Source of the DNA: Malacoraja senta
Taxonomy: Eukaryota
Reading direction: 5' to 3'
Length of the DNA stretch: 64,000 bases
Assembly (NCBI GenBank): GCA_038087875.1
Contig: CM075977.1
Coordinates: 54,808,001-54,872,000 of the forward strand
The notes beneath the pieces are model-generated. The model was not told the DNA's origin. It saw only the letters and a list, made by a program, of their open reading frames with translations, and ran no database searches. Shown piece by piece: positions 50,888-63,192 of this stretch (the first letter of the stretch is position 1; every line of letters begins with the position of its first letter). Both the position numbers and the translations under genes were made by a program.

Positions 50888-51653
50888 ATATATATTAAAA
50901 GTCTAATCTTGACCACTTCCTGTTTGCGCTTTATATTGATTTTAGAAAAAACACTACCACTATTTTTTAAACACAAAATCACGGCTGTGATTTTTGGCCA
51001 TCTTACTCAGAGCCCCCTCCGCTCATCAGGTGCCATGGATTTTTCCCATCGATGAAAAATAAAAGAGTTATTAGTGTTTAAAAAATGTTGAGATTCTCTC
51101 TCCTGTCAATCACGCCATGAAGGCCATGCCCCTTCTGGTGGGAGGGGGGGGGACTATAAAACCCAGAAGTGTGGGCGTGGCTCAGTCTCTGCAAGATGGA
51201 GGAGGGAGAGGTCATGACTCGCTGTCTTTAGTGGCCTTGCACCCTGCTTGAAATGGTATGAAACTGCACTTAAATTTGGTGGCTTTGCACCCTGCTTGAA
51301 GTAGTAAAAAACTGCACTTGAATTTGGTGGCCTTGCACCCTGCTTGAAATGGAATTTCAAGGAATAGCCGTGAGTCAACTGCCAACCCACCAGTAGTGAG
51401 TGAGTGAGTGAGCTGCTAGCACAACAGGCTTGAGTGACTGAGCCGCCAGCCCAAGAATCCATTCGGCCCACAATGTCCATACTAGCCTTCTGCAAACCAG
51501 TCCCTTCAGCCCACAACACCCATACCAGCGCTCCAGAACACCCCCCCCCCCCACTGGCCACCAATATTGGAATTGGTGGAGAGGTGGAATATTGCGTTGG
51601 GGGACCAGCCCTCCCGTGTGATGCTGGAACCCAACAGGTCCCACTTAGTCTAG
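50888..51653 (+). mobile_element. Non-autonomous Helitron
   Basis: 3' hairpin ggaaccc-aac-aggtccc followed by acttagtCTAG|T; AT-rich 5' end tatattaaaagtctaatcttgaccacttcc; three ~46-bp internal repeats at 51230-51355. Confidence 0.75.
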
Positions 51654-52106
51654 TATCATATAGGATTAACTTATAAGAACAAATTTGATTATAACTACAT
51701 ACCTCCAGAATGGATGACATATCACTTAAATGCAAAAATAAAATTCCGGGGTGGGGAGAGACATATATATTGAAGACACATTTTTCCTCTAATATGTCAA
51801 TTTATCTTAAATATAGAAGAGATTAAAATCTTCTTACACTAGCATGCATGCCTTACAACAAGAACAAAACCAAAAATGTACAGCAGGTGCATAAATCCTT
51901 GTAGGAAGTGGGGCAGGTTGACAGCGCAAACAAATAAAGCAAATAGGATGCTGGACTTATTAACAGAGACATTAATATAAAAGGAAAAAAATGATGTCAT
52001 ATATTATAATACATTGTTGGGATCATAAGAATAGAATTGTATATGGTTATATGGTATATGTATATGGTTACAGTTATCATACATTGGGAAGGAAATTAAG
52101 GCTTTA

Positions 52107-55100
52107 ATGTGTGCTCCTCGTGGCATGTCGTTGTTCCCTTAGATATGGGAGCTGCACAAGTGCAACAGAGTCTAGACCAAAGATCGTAGTCCCTTCGTGG
52201 GGAACCTGAAGAAAGACAGGTCTGGTCGCCTACATTGGGGATTCGAGCAAATTATAGCAGAGCAGTACGCTCCGCTTGTAGATGTGGACGCCGCACATGC
52301 AGAAGCCGGGTATGGAAATGGCGCTGAAGATTACCCATCAGCTACTACGGCTTTTTCGCGGAGTGAACCATCTTGCTCTGCTCTATGATCTTTGGCTGCA
52401 ACTGTGGTAAGTGTGTCCAGGTTCAGCTACTGAAGGACCATGTCGGGGCACTGGAGAAGCAGCTGGATGACCTCAGGGCCATCCAGGATAACGAGAGTTT
52501 CTTGGACAGGACCAACAGTGAGGTTGTCACGCCAAGGATACAGGAAGAACGAAGGTGTGTGACCGAGAGAAACGGGAGTAACCGTGGCGTGCAGGAGACC
52601 CAGGTGGCTGTGCCTAATGAGAACAGTTGGGAACTGTCGGGGGAGACGACGCTTCCAGTCCGAGCGGCAGACAGGTCAGTGGCTCCAATCCTAGAGATGA
52701 GACTCGACCGGCGAGACTGATGCCGGGCAGAGCCATAGTGGTGGGTGATTCCATTGTCCGAGGTGCTGACTGGAGATTCTGTGGCAGCAGGCGAGACTCG
52801 AGGATGGTCTGTTGCCTCCCTGGTGCCAGGGTTCAAGATATCACAAACCAAATTCAGAACATCCTTGAGAGGGAAGGTGAACAGCCGGCAGTAGTTGTGC
52901 ACGTAGGCACAAACGACATCGGGAAGAAGAGGAAGGAGGTTCTGCAACGCTCTCTAGAGTTAGGAAGAAGACTGAAAAGCAGGACTTCTGGGGTGGTTAT
53001 CTCTGGATTGCTTCCAGTACCTCGTGCTAGTGAGGACAGGAACAGGGAGATAGGGGATCTGAATGTGTGGCTGAGGGGCTGGTGCAGGAAGCAAGGATTT
53101 AGATTTATAGACCATTGGGATCTCTTCTGGGGTAGGGGTGACCTGTACAAAAGGGACGGGTTACACCTTAACTGGAGGTGGACCGACGTTCTGGCAGGCA
53201 GGTTTCCTAGGGCTCCACGTGTGGGTTTAAACTAAATAGTGGGGGGGAGGGATTGACAAATTGGGAGTATAAAAATTGAGTTAAAGGGGAAGTCAGTACA
53301 GGAAAAGTTACAAATGTCTCCCAAATTAATGGGAAGGAAAGTTCAAGAAGGGATAAGAGAGTAAGGTCAGGGCCAATTGTGACCGTTGTGAGAGGGGAGG
53401 TGAATACCAAAGTCAAAGTGTTGTATATGAATGCGCGAAGTATAAGAAATAAAGTGGACGAGCTTGAGGCTCAGTTAGAAATTGGCAAATAAGATGTTGT
53501 GGGAATTACAGAGTCATGACTGCAAGAGGGCCAGGGCTGGGAACTGAATATTCAAGGGTATACCTCCTATCAAAAAGACAGACAGGTGGGCAAGCTCTGT
53601 TGGTGAGGAATGAAATTCAGTCCCTTGCAAGGGGTGACATTAAAACAGGAAATGTGGAGTCAGTATGTATAGAACTAAGGAATTGTAAGGGTAAAGTTCA
53701 AGTTCAAGTTCAAGTGAGTTTATTGTCATGTGTCATAGGACTATGAAATTCTTGCTTAGCTTCAGCACAACAGAACATAGAAGGCATTGACTATAAAACA
53801 GATCAGTGTGTCCATATATCATTATATAAATATACACACACATGAATAAATAAACTGATAAAGTGCAAATAACAGATAATGGGCTATTAATGTTTATAGT
53901 TTTGTCCTAGCCAAGTTTAATAGCCTGATGGCTGTGGGGAAGTAGATATTCCTGAACCTGGTCGTTGCAGTCTTCAGGCTCCTGTACCTTCTACCTGAAG
54001 GTAGCAGGGAGATGAGTGTGTGGCCAGGATGGTGTGGGTCCTTGATGATACTGCCAGCCTTTTTGAGGCAGCGACTGCGATAGATCCCCTCGATGGAAAA
54101 GACCCTAATGGGACTTATCTACAGGCCCCCAAACAGTATATAGGGTATAACTGGATATAGGGTGCAAGTTGAAACAAGAGTTAAAATTGGCATGACATAA
54201 AGGTAATGCTACGGTTGTTATGGAAGATTTCAACATGCAGGTAGACTGGGAAAATCAGGTTGGTACTGGACCCCAAGAAAGGGAGTTTGTGGAGTGCCTC
54301 TGTGATGGATTCTTAGAGCAGCTTGTACTGGAGCCTACCAGGGAGAAGGCAATTCTGGATTTAGTGTTGTGTAATGAACCGGATTTGATAAGAGAACTCG
54401 AGGTAAAGGAGCCATTAGGAGGTAGTGGCCATAATATGTAGTTTTAATCTACAATTTGAGAGGGGGAAGGATAAATCGGAGGTGTCCGTGTTTCAGTTGA
54501 ACAAAGGACTATGGAGCCAAGAAGGAGGAGCTGGCCAAAGTTGACTGGAAAAATACCCTAGCAGGGATGACAGTGGAACAACAATGGCAGGTATTTCTGG
54601 GAATAATACAGAAAGTGCAGGATCAGTTCATTCCAAAGAGGAAGAAAGATTCCAAGGGCAGTAAGGGACGACCGTGACTGACAAGGGAAGTCAGGGACAG
54701 TATAAAACATAAAAAAGAAGAAGTACAACATAGCAAAGATGAGCGGGAAGAAAGAGGATTGGGTAATGTTTAAAGAGCAACAGAAGATAGCTAAAAAGGC
54801 AAATCGGGGAGAAAAGATGAGGTATGAAGGTAAGCTAGCCAAGAATATAAAGGAGGATCGTAAAAGCTTCTTTAGGGATGTGAGGAGGAAAAAATTAGTT
54901 AAGACCAAAGTTGGACCCTTGAAGACTGAAGAAGGTGAATTTATTATGGGGAACAAGGAAATGGCGTACGAGTTGAACAGGTACTTTGGATCCATCTTCA
55001 CTGAGGAGGACACAAACAATCTTCCTGATGTACTAGTGGCCAGCGAATCTGGGGTGGCAGAGGAACTGAAGGAAATCCACATTAGGCAGGAAATGGTGTT

Positions 55101-56690
55101 GGGTAGACTGATGGGACTGAAGGCTGATAAATCCCCAGGGTCTGATGTTCTGCATTCCAGGGTACTTAAGGAAGTGGCTCTAGAAATCGTGGATGCATTG
55201 GTGTTCATTTTCCAATGTTCTATAGATTCAGGATCAGTTCCTGTGGATTGGAGGGTAGCTAATGTTATCCCACTTTTTAAGAAAGGCGGGAGTGAGAAAA
55301 CAGGGAATTATAGACCAGTTAGCCTACCATCAGTGGTGGGGAAGATACTGGAGTCAATCATAAAAGATGAAATAGAGGCACATTTGGATAGAAGTAACAG
55401 GATCGGTCCGAGTCAGCATGGATTTAAGTAAGGAGGGGAAATCATGCTTGACTAATCTTCTAGAATATTTTGAGTATGTAACTATGAAAATGGACAAGGG
55501 GGAGCCAGTGGATGTAGTGTACCTGAACTTTCAGAAAGCATTTGATAAGGTCCCACATAGGAGATTAGTGGGCAAAATTAGGGCACATGGTATTGGGGGT
55601 AGAGTGCAGACATGGATAGAAAATTGGTTGGCAGACAGGAAACAAAGAGTAAGGATTAACGGGTTCCTTTGAGAATGGCAGGCAGTGACTAGTGGGGTGC
55701 CGCAAGGCTCGGTGCTGGGACCGCAGCGATTTACAAAATACATCAATGATTTAGATGAAGGGATTCAAAGTAACATTAGCAGATTTGCAGATGACACAAA
55801 GCTGGGTGGCAGTGTGAAACTGTGACGAGGATGCTGTGAGAATGCAGGGTGACTTGGACAGGTTGGGTGAGTGGGCAAATGCATGGCAGATGCAGTTTAA
55901 TGTGGATAAATGTGACGTTATTCACTTTGGTAGCAAAAACAGGAAGGCAGATTATTATCTAAATGGTGTCAAGTTGGGAAAAGGGGAAGTACAATGGAAT
56001 CTGGCGGTCCTTGTTCATCATTCAATTAAAGTAAGCATGCAGGTACAGCAGGCAGTGAAGAAAGCGAATGGCCTTCATAACAAGAGGAGTTGAGTATAGG
56101 AGCAAAGAGGTCCTTCTGCAGTTGTATAGGGCCCTGGTGAGACCACACCTGGAGTATTGTGTGCAGTTTTGGTCCCCTAATTTGAGGAAGAATATTCTTG
56201 CTATTGAGGGAGTGCAGCGTAGGTTCACAAGGTTAATTCCCGGGATGGCGGGACAGTCATATGCTGAGAGAATGGGCTTGGCTTGTATACTCTGGAATTT
56301 AGAAGGATGAGAGGGTATCTCATTGAAACATATAAGATTATTAAGGGTATGGACACGCCAGAGGCAGGTGTTCCCGATGTTGGGGGAGTCCAGAACCAGG
56401 AGCCACAGTTTAAGAATAAGGGGTAAGGCATTAGAATGGAGATGAGGAAACACTTTTTCACACAGAAAGTTGTGAGTCTGTGGAATTCTCTGCCTCAGAG
56501 GGTGGTGGAGGCTGGTTCTCTGGATACTTTCAAGAGAGCTTGATAGGGCTCTTAAAGCATAGTGGAGTCAGTGGATATGGGGAGAAGGCAGGAATGGGGT
56601 ACTGATTGTGGATGATCAGCCATGATCACATTGAATGGTGGTGCTGGCTCGAAGGGCCGAATGGCCTACTCCTGCACCTATTGTCTATTG
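52107..56690 (+). mobile_element. Near-full-length CR1 LINE with zinc-finger/SGNH-esterase ORF1 (inactivated)
   Basis: ORF1 CGKC, GDSIVRG, HVGTND and DGLHLN; ORF2 NARSI, DFN, PGSD, PQGS and FADD; tail ctattgtctattg; stops and frameshifts. Confidence 0.92.
53694..54097 (-). mobile_element. Rex1-like 3' fragment nested in the CR1 endonuclease
   Basis: (gttcaa)n-gtgagtttattgtc start; homologous to 36245-36590; the CR1 resumes at aaaagaccctaatg. Confidence 0.8.
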
Positions 56691-56711
56691 GATGTCTTTC
56701 ATTTATATTTA

Positions 56712-57648
56712 TTAATCAAAATAAACTTTTTTTAGGAAAAAAAAGAACTGTGCTAAAATTCTTCCGACATTCACGGAGGCCATCCTATTATTCCACAAAT
56801 ATTATTTTACCCAGCACCCTTACCATTCATTTGCTCCCCTGGGTTGATAACCGTTCCCTCATTTGAGGAGTATCCCCACCACACCCTGCCTTACAATGTA
56901 CTGCAGCGGAAACACCCTAGGCTGTGGTCCTCCCCCTCAGAGCCTTGCCGTTGGCTGCACCAAGCTTCAGTGCGTCCCTCAGCACGTACTCCTGCAGTCT
57001 GGAGCGGGCCAGTCGGCAACATTCCCTGATGGACATCTCGCTGTGCTGGGAGGTCAACAACGTTCGGGCCGACCAAAGAGCATCTTTCACCGAGTTGAGG
57101 ACCTTCCAGCAGCACTCGATGTCCGTCTCTGAATGTGTCCCTGGGAACCGTCCGTAAATCAGAGTCCTCTGTTACAGAGCTGTTCGGGGTAAGGGATCCT
57201 TGCAACCTTCGCCAAACTCTCTTTGCAAATCGACTCTCTGCGAAGAGGTGGGCAACCATCTCCTCTCCATAGCAGCCGTCCCGAGGTCAGCGTGCGCTGG
57301 TATTGAGATTCCGACGGTGCAGGAGAGATCTGAATAGGAGGGCTCTCCTCAACGCCAGCCAAGCCGTGTCTTTGTGCTTGTTGGTGAGTTCTGGCGATGA
57401 GGCATTTCACCAGACAAGTTGGGCAGTTTGCTCAGGGAATCACGCCACAGGATCAATGGAGTCATTTCCCTGCAGTGCCTGCAGGACATTCCATGCTGAC
57501 CACTGTCTGATGGAGTTGTAGTCAAAACTGTTGGTCCAGAAAAACCTTTCCACAAACCTTTCCAGACGACTGGCACATTGCATGGTATCTGTGCCAGGCC
57601 CACTCTTCGCAACAGCGGCGACAGGTAGAACCTCAGCAGGCAGTTGGC
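56712..57648 (-). mobile_element. Tx1-like (L1 clade) 3' fragment
   Basis: Minus-strand remnants RALP...GC..EETVAHLF..S.FAKRVW (CCHC-type region) and VKDALWSAR; frameshifted. Confidence 0.7.
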
Positions 57649-57829
57649 TGAATGGCCTGTTTTCACATTGTATGACTCCATGACTGTATGACTTTTTGTC
57701 AGGTAGCAGCTGTGGAAAGGGAAGCAGAGTTGATTTATCAGTTCTGATAGAGGGACTTCAACCTGAATTGTTTCTTCTCCCACAGATGGGGCCTGATCTC
57801 CCCACTAAGTACTTGAGCACAGTATTTAG

Positions 57830-58320
57830 CAAGCAGTACAATACTGCATGCAGTTCTGGTCGTCCCATTACAGAAAGGATGTGGAGGCTTTGGTCAGGTT
57901 ACAAATGAGGTTTACCTGAATTATGCCTGAATTGGAGGGTATTCGCTACAGACAGAGGTTGGACAGACTTGGATCACCGAAGGTTGAGGGGAGACCTGAT
58001 AGAAGTATATAAAATTATGGGATAGACAGTCAAAACCCTTTTTCCCAGGGTGGAAATATCAAAGACTAGAGGGCATAGCTTTAAGGTGAAGGGGGCAAAG
58101 TTTAAAGGAGATGTGCAGGGCAGGTTTATTTACACAGGTGGGTGCCTGGAACCCGCTGCCCGGATTGCTGGAGGAGGCAGACACGATAGCGGCATTTAAG
58201 AGGCTTTTAGATAGGCACATGGATATGTAGGGAATAGAAGGATATGGATCATGAACAGGCAGGTGAGTTTAGTTTATTTTGGCATCATGTTCAGCATAGA
58301 TATTGTGGGCTGAATGTGGA
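57830..58320 (+). mobile_element. Degenerate CR1 3' fragment
   Basis: gaggggagacctgatagaagtatataaaattatg...agagggcatagctttaaggtg. Confidence 0.8.
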
Positions 58321-58925
58321 CACTAATGAAATAAGGAACTGCAGAGGCTGGTTTACAAATCAGACACTAAGTGATGGAGTAACTTACCAATTCAGGCAGC
58401 ATCTCTGGAGAACATGATGGATGGTGTTTCAGGTTGGAACCCTTCTTCAGACTGCACTGTTCCTGTGTTGTACTGTTGTATGTTGTATGTTCTATGATAT
58501 ATATGTTATATACTGTATACCATTACCTATCCATGTTGTCCAGACGTGCTACCTGACCTGAGTTAGTCCACTACTTTGGGATTTTTGCTCAACTTTCCAG
58601 CATAACCATCTGCAGGTCCTTGTGTCTGCACATCTCTACCAGATGGAATATTTACAGTTTGATGTTCATCCCTATAATTACTGTTTAGTCAGAACATTAC
58701 TTTGAAGCACATTGATTTGAATTATGGTGCGGTAGTTTGTTCTCAGTTGGCCAGAAGGGTAGTTTAGTTTTTAATGATTTTAGAGAGTTTAGCAGAAAGC
58801 AACAATTTCAATGAGTGTTGGTCTGCTGTGGTTTATTAAACAGTATAAAAAGCTCAGAGGAAACAAACAGATTATCCCTTTTATCTCAAAGTTTACAAAG
58901 GGATTAATTAGAAAATGGTGATCGA

Positions 58926-59995
58926 TCTCTTCTAATTCCATCTGCTGTGGGTATTTCTATGTTTAAGATGATATTATATAAGTATGATATTAAATTAACT
59001 GATTCCGCCTTTGTCTTCATTGCTTCATCTAGAGATTGGGAACAAGATCTAGGTATAAAAATTTCAAAAGAGAGTTGGGATAATCATTTATTACAGGTGC
59101 ATAAATGCTCGATCAACGTACGACATACGCTTATCCAATTTAAAACATTACATAGATTATATTATTCAAAAACCAAACTAAATAAAATCTTTCCTAACGT
59201 CTCACCAATCTGTGATAAATGTATATGTCAAGAAGCTACCATAGCACATTCTTTTGTTTTTTGTACAAAAATCCAAAAATTCTGGTTTGAAATATTTGAT
59301 ATTTTTTCAAAATTAATCAAAATAAAACTGGTACCAAAACCAGAATGGATTATTTTTGGAATATCGGAAGGTATTCCTGAATTAAACGTGTATCAGAAGA
59401 ATTTACTCAATTATGGGCTAATAATGGGAAAAAAGCTTATACTTAAATTCTGGAAAAATGCGCCCACACCAACAATAAAAATGTGGACATCAAATATGTT
59501 GGAAACATTACATCTGGAAGAGATGAGATTCCTCCTAGTAGGCAAAGTAGACCAATTTCAAAAGACGTGGTCTACGTTTTTGGACCTATTACAAGCATGA
59601 GGTGCAATAGTAATTTAGAAAAACAAATAAATAAATAAAAGGTATCTGGACCTGGTAATGGGAGGTAAAACAAAAACAGACTTGGTTGGTAGTTCCTTCT
59701 CTATGAAGTATGTTATAAGAGTTATAATAGAGCGATTGTTCCTTCTTTCTTTCTCTTTCTTTTCTAGGGTCTATTTTCTAACTTTACTTCCTTCTCTAAC
59801 TTCTTTTCTAAGGGGCTTTCTTTTCCCAACACTCTTTTGCACTTCACAACCTTTGCGCACTTTCTTCACTTTTCTTACTTCTTTCTTTTTCTTTCTTAAA
59901 GTTTAAAAAAGTGAAGCGGTACAAAAAATGTATTAATATATACGTGTTGTACATTACTGTAATCTACCGTACTTCTATTAAAAAAAAAAAAAAAA
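58926..59995 (+). mobile_element. 5'-inverted, truncated L1 with poly(A) and a 16-bp TSD
   Basis: TSD AGAAAATGGTGATCGA at 58910-58925 and 59996-60011; 58926-~59030 is inverted L1 ORF2; forward part has the CCHC region CDKC...H...C. Confidence 0.92.
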
Positions 59996-60369
59996 AGAAA
60001 ATGGTGATCGAGTCCATTTTCATTTTCATCTTCATTTAAAATATTGCTCCATCTACTAATAACTAGAAAAGAACGGTAACCACTAAATCAGAAATATACT
60101 ACAAGTAAATAGAGTTTATCCCAAATGTTGGCAAGGTCAGTCAAAAATATATTCTAAAACTATATTTTTTGTGATGTTATCCATAAAATGCTGGAAATAC
60201 TCAGCAAGAGGCATCTGTGGGAAGGGAAACAGTCAACATGCAATAGTTAATTGATATATCAGATTATATTTATTTCATTCCAGTTCCTTTGGTGTGCTAA
60301 ATCTTCCGGGTGGCACTAAATAAAAAAGATGTTCTCATTCTTTCATGCCATCTATCTATATACTTATTA

Positions 60370-60401
<32 letters not shown>

Positions 60402-61114
60402 TGCGTGCGTGTGTGTGTGTGTGTGATTTCGCCTTTGAAATGCATCGCCTCCAAACACCAGACGCCAAAACGGGGACATTTTTACATATTTCAGTAGAGA
60501 AACTCACTCCTCTGTAAAATTGGTTAATTATTTTCCAGCGTTTTTAATTAAAATTGTTGACCAATCACATGTTTTTTTCAAATCTGACCGCTGCCCAGCT
60601 GCTGACGTTACAATAACGGTGAAATTATTTCATTTTCTGGTAGAAATTTACCTTATGATTTCAAAAATCCACTCCTCTGTAAATCTATTTCCCGAGTTCT
60701 TTACTAAAATTGATCACCAAACTGACATTTAAAAAAATATATAACCGCTGCCCAGTTGCTGACCTCACAATGCCTTTGCACGTGGCCCACCTTGCTCATG
60801 CACCCCCCCTGGATTAAAGCAGCTGCTGTCAACGTGCATGCGCACTGTTTTCCACGGGTTACGTTACCACCCTCCCCCTCCCACCCCGTTCTTCAAAAGG
60901 CACAGAAAGAACGAACAAGTTCTGCAGATCCGGAGGTCACCGGAGCTCACCGGCGCTCACGCGCTGAAGAACTTTCTCCTCGCGGCCGGAGCAGCTTGTG
61001 AAGCCACGCCCCTCCCCCGCCCGCTCCCTCCAGCTGCTAACCGCTCCGGCTTTCCAGAGAGTCGGGCCTGTTCTCTCTCTCTACACTTTTCACAGCCCAT
61101 TCACTCGTCTGGCT

Positions 61115-61812
61115 CCCCTCCACCTCCCCCTCCTCTTCTCACCTCCTCCCCTCTCCTCCCCTCTCCTCCCTCCCTCTCCCATCTCCTCCCTACCCCCTCC
61201 TCTCTCCCCCCCCTCCCCTCCCCCTCCCCTCCCCCTCCCCCTCCCCTCCCCCTCCCCTCTCCCCCCTCTCCCCCCCCTCCCTTCCCCCCCCACCTCTACC
61301 CCCTCTCTCCCCCATCCTCTCTCTCCCTCCCTCCCTTTGCCCCCCTCCCCTCTACCCCCTCCACTGCCCCCACCCCCTCTACCTCCCCCCTCCTCTTCTC
61401 CCCCTCCTCTCCTTCCCCCTCCTCTTCTCACCCCTCCTCCTCTCCCCATCTCCTCCCCCCTCTCTCTCCCCCTCTCTCACCCCCCAATCCCCCTTCCCCA
61501 CTCCTCTCTCCCCCCCACTCCCCTCACCCACTCCCATCCCCCACTCCCCTCCTCCTCTCAACTCCCCCTCTCTCCCCACCCTCTCTCTCCCTCCCTCTGC
61601 CCCCTTCTCCTCTACCCCCTCCCACCACCCCTCTACCTCTCCCCCACCCCCTCTACTTCTCTCCCCTCCTCTTCTCCCCCTCTTCACCCCCTCCTCTTCT
61701 CCCCATCCTCCTCTCTCCCCTCTCCTCCCCTCTCCTCCCCCCTCTCCCCCCTCTCTCTCCCCCTCTCTCTCCCTTCCCCCTCTCCCCTCCTCTCAACCCC
61801 CCTCCCCCCTGT
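61115..61812 (+). repeat. C/T-rich low-complexity tract
   Basis: Polypyrimidine (cct/ccct) runs; source of spurious Pro-rich ORFs. Confidence 0.92.
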
Positions 61813-62814
61813 GTGTGTGGGGGGTGGTTAGTATGTGTGTGACTCCGCAGCCCCCCCCCCCCGCAACTGCGTGTTGAGGGGACGGGACCCACTGGGTCCC
61901 CCTTAGTCTAGTATTATACTAAAACTCTTCCCTTTGTTCTTAACATTCTAAATTTCCTTCCTAAATTGCAACCTTCACGTGTTTCCACAAATGCAATCAA
62001 CCTGGCGTGCACAATCAAATAAGATCAAATAGGACAAGTTGAACGCCCCCCTCCCTCTCTACCTCCCTTCCCTATCTACCCCCATCTCTATCTACACCCC
62101 TCCCTCTCTACCCCCCCCTCCCTCTCTACCCCCTCCCTCTCTGCCCCCCCCTCTTTGCCCCCATCCCTCTCTGCACCCCTCTCCCTCTCTACCCCCCTCT
62201 GGGGAGTGGTGACTATTGGGATCTATGGGCGAGATGTGGAGTGTTGCGTTCGGGGATCAGCCCTCTCCTGTGACGTCGCTCGCCCCCCCTCCGCCATCCC
62301 TTAATCACTACCCCCCTCTCGACACACCTCACCCTCTCGCTCTCTACCCCCTCCCCTCTCTGCCCCCCTCCCTCTCCCTCTCTAACTGCGCCTGCGCAGT
62401 TGGGGGCTATGCATGAGTGGATAGGGTGGTGGATGGGGGAAAAGGAGCAAATGAATAATATTAATATAATATCAAGAGGGGGGTTAGTGTGTGTACGTGG
62501 GGGGGTGGGGGGTGGTTAGTGTGTGTGATGCCGCAGGCCGCCCCCCCCCCTCCCACCGCAATGGCGCGTTGAGGGGACGGGACCCAATGGGTCCCCCTTG
62601 GTCTAGTATTATACTAAAACTCTTCCTTTGTTCTTAACATTCTAAATTTCCGTGTGTATGCAGGGTTGTGTTGCCTTTTTTTTAATCTCCTTAATTTGTA
62701 TCTTCTTCCAAAACGCTTGGCCACAGCCTTCCCATTTTCACACATGCTACTCACATTTTTTTCCTCGACGGGATAAATATCTTCCCGTCGCATTCCAACC
62801 TATATTTCCGAAGT

Positions 62815-63192
62815 AATAGACAATAGACAATAGACAATAGGTGCAGGAGTAGGCCATTCGGCCCTTCGAGCCAGCACCGCCAATCAATGTGATCTTGGCT
62901 GATCATCCCCAATCAGTACCCCGTTCCTGCCTTCTCCCCATATCCCTTGACTCCGCTATTTTTAAGAGCCCTATCTAGCTCTCTCTTGAAAGCATCCAGA
63001 GAACCTGCCACCACTGCCTTCTGAGGCAGAGAATTCCACAGACTCGCCACTCTCTGTGAGAAAAAGTGTTTCCTCGTCTCCGTTCTAAATGGCTTACTCC
63101 TTATTCTTAAACTGTGGCCCGTGGTTCTGGACTCCCCCAACATCGAGAACATGTTTCCTGCCTCTAGCGTGTCCAAGCCCTTAACAATCTTA
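62815..63192 (-). mobile_element. CR1 3' fragment nested in Helitron unit 3
   Basis: (caataga)n tail and HER1-type 3' UTR; ORF SRTTGHSLRI...FFSQRV. Confidence 0.88.

Noticed and set aside
60838-61892. 334-aa and 277-aa extensin-like ORFs
   Set aside because: Translation of a C/T low-complexity tract inside a Helitron.
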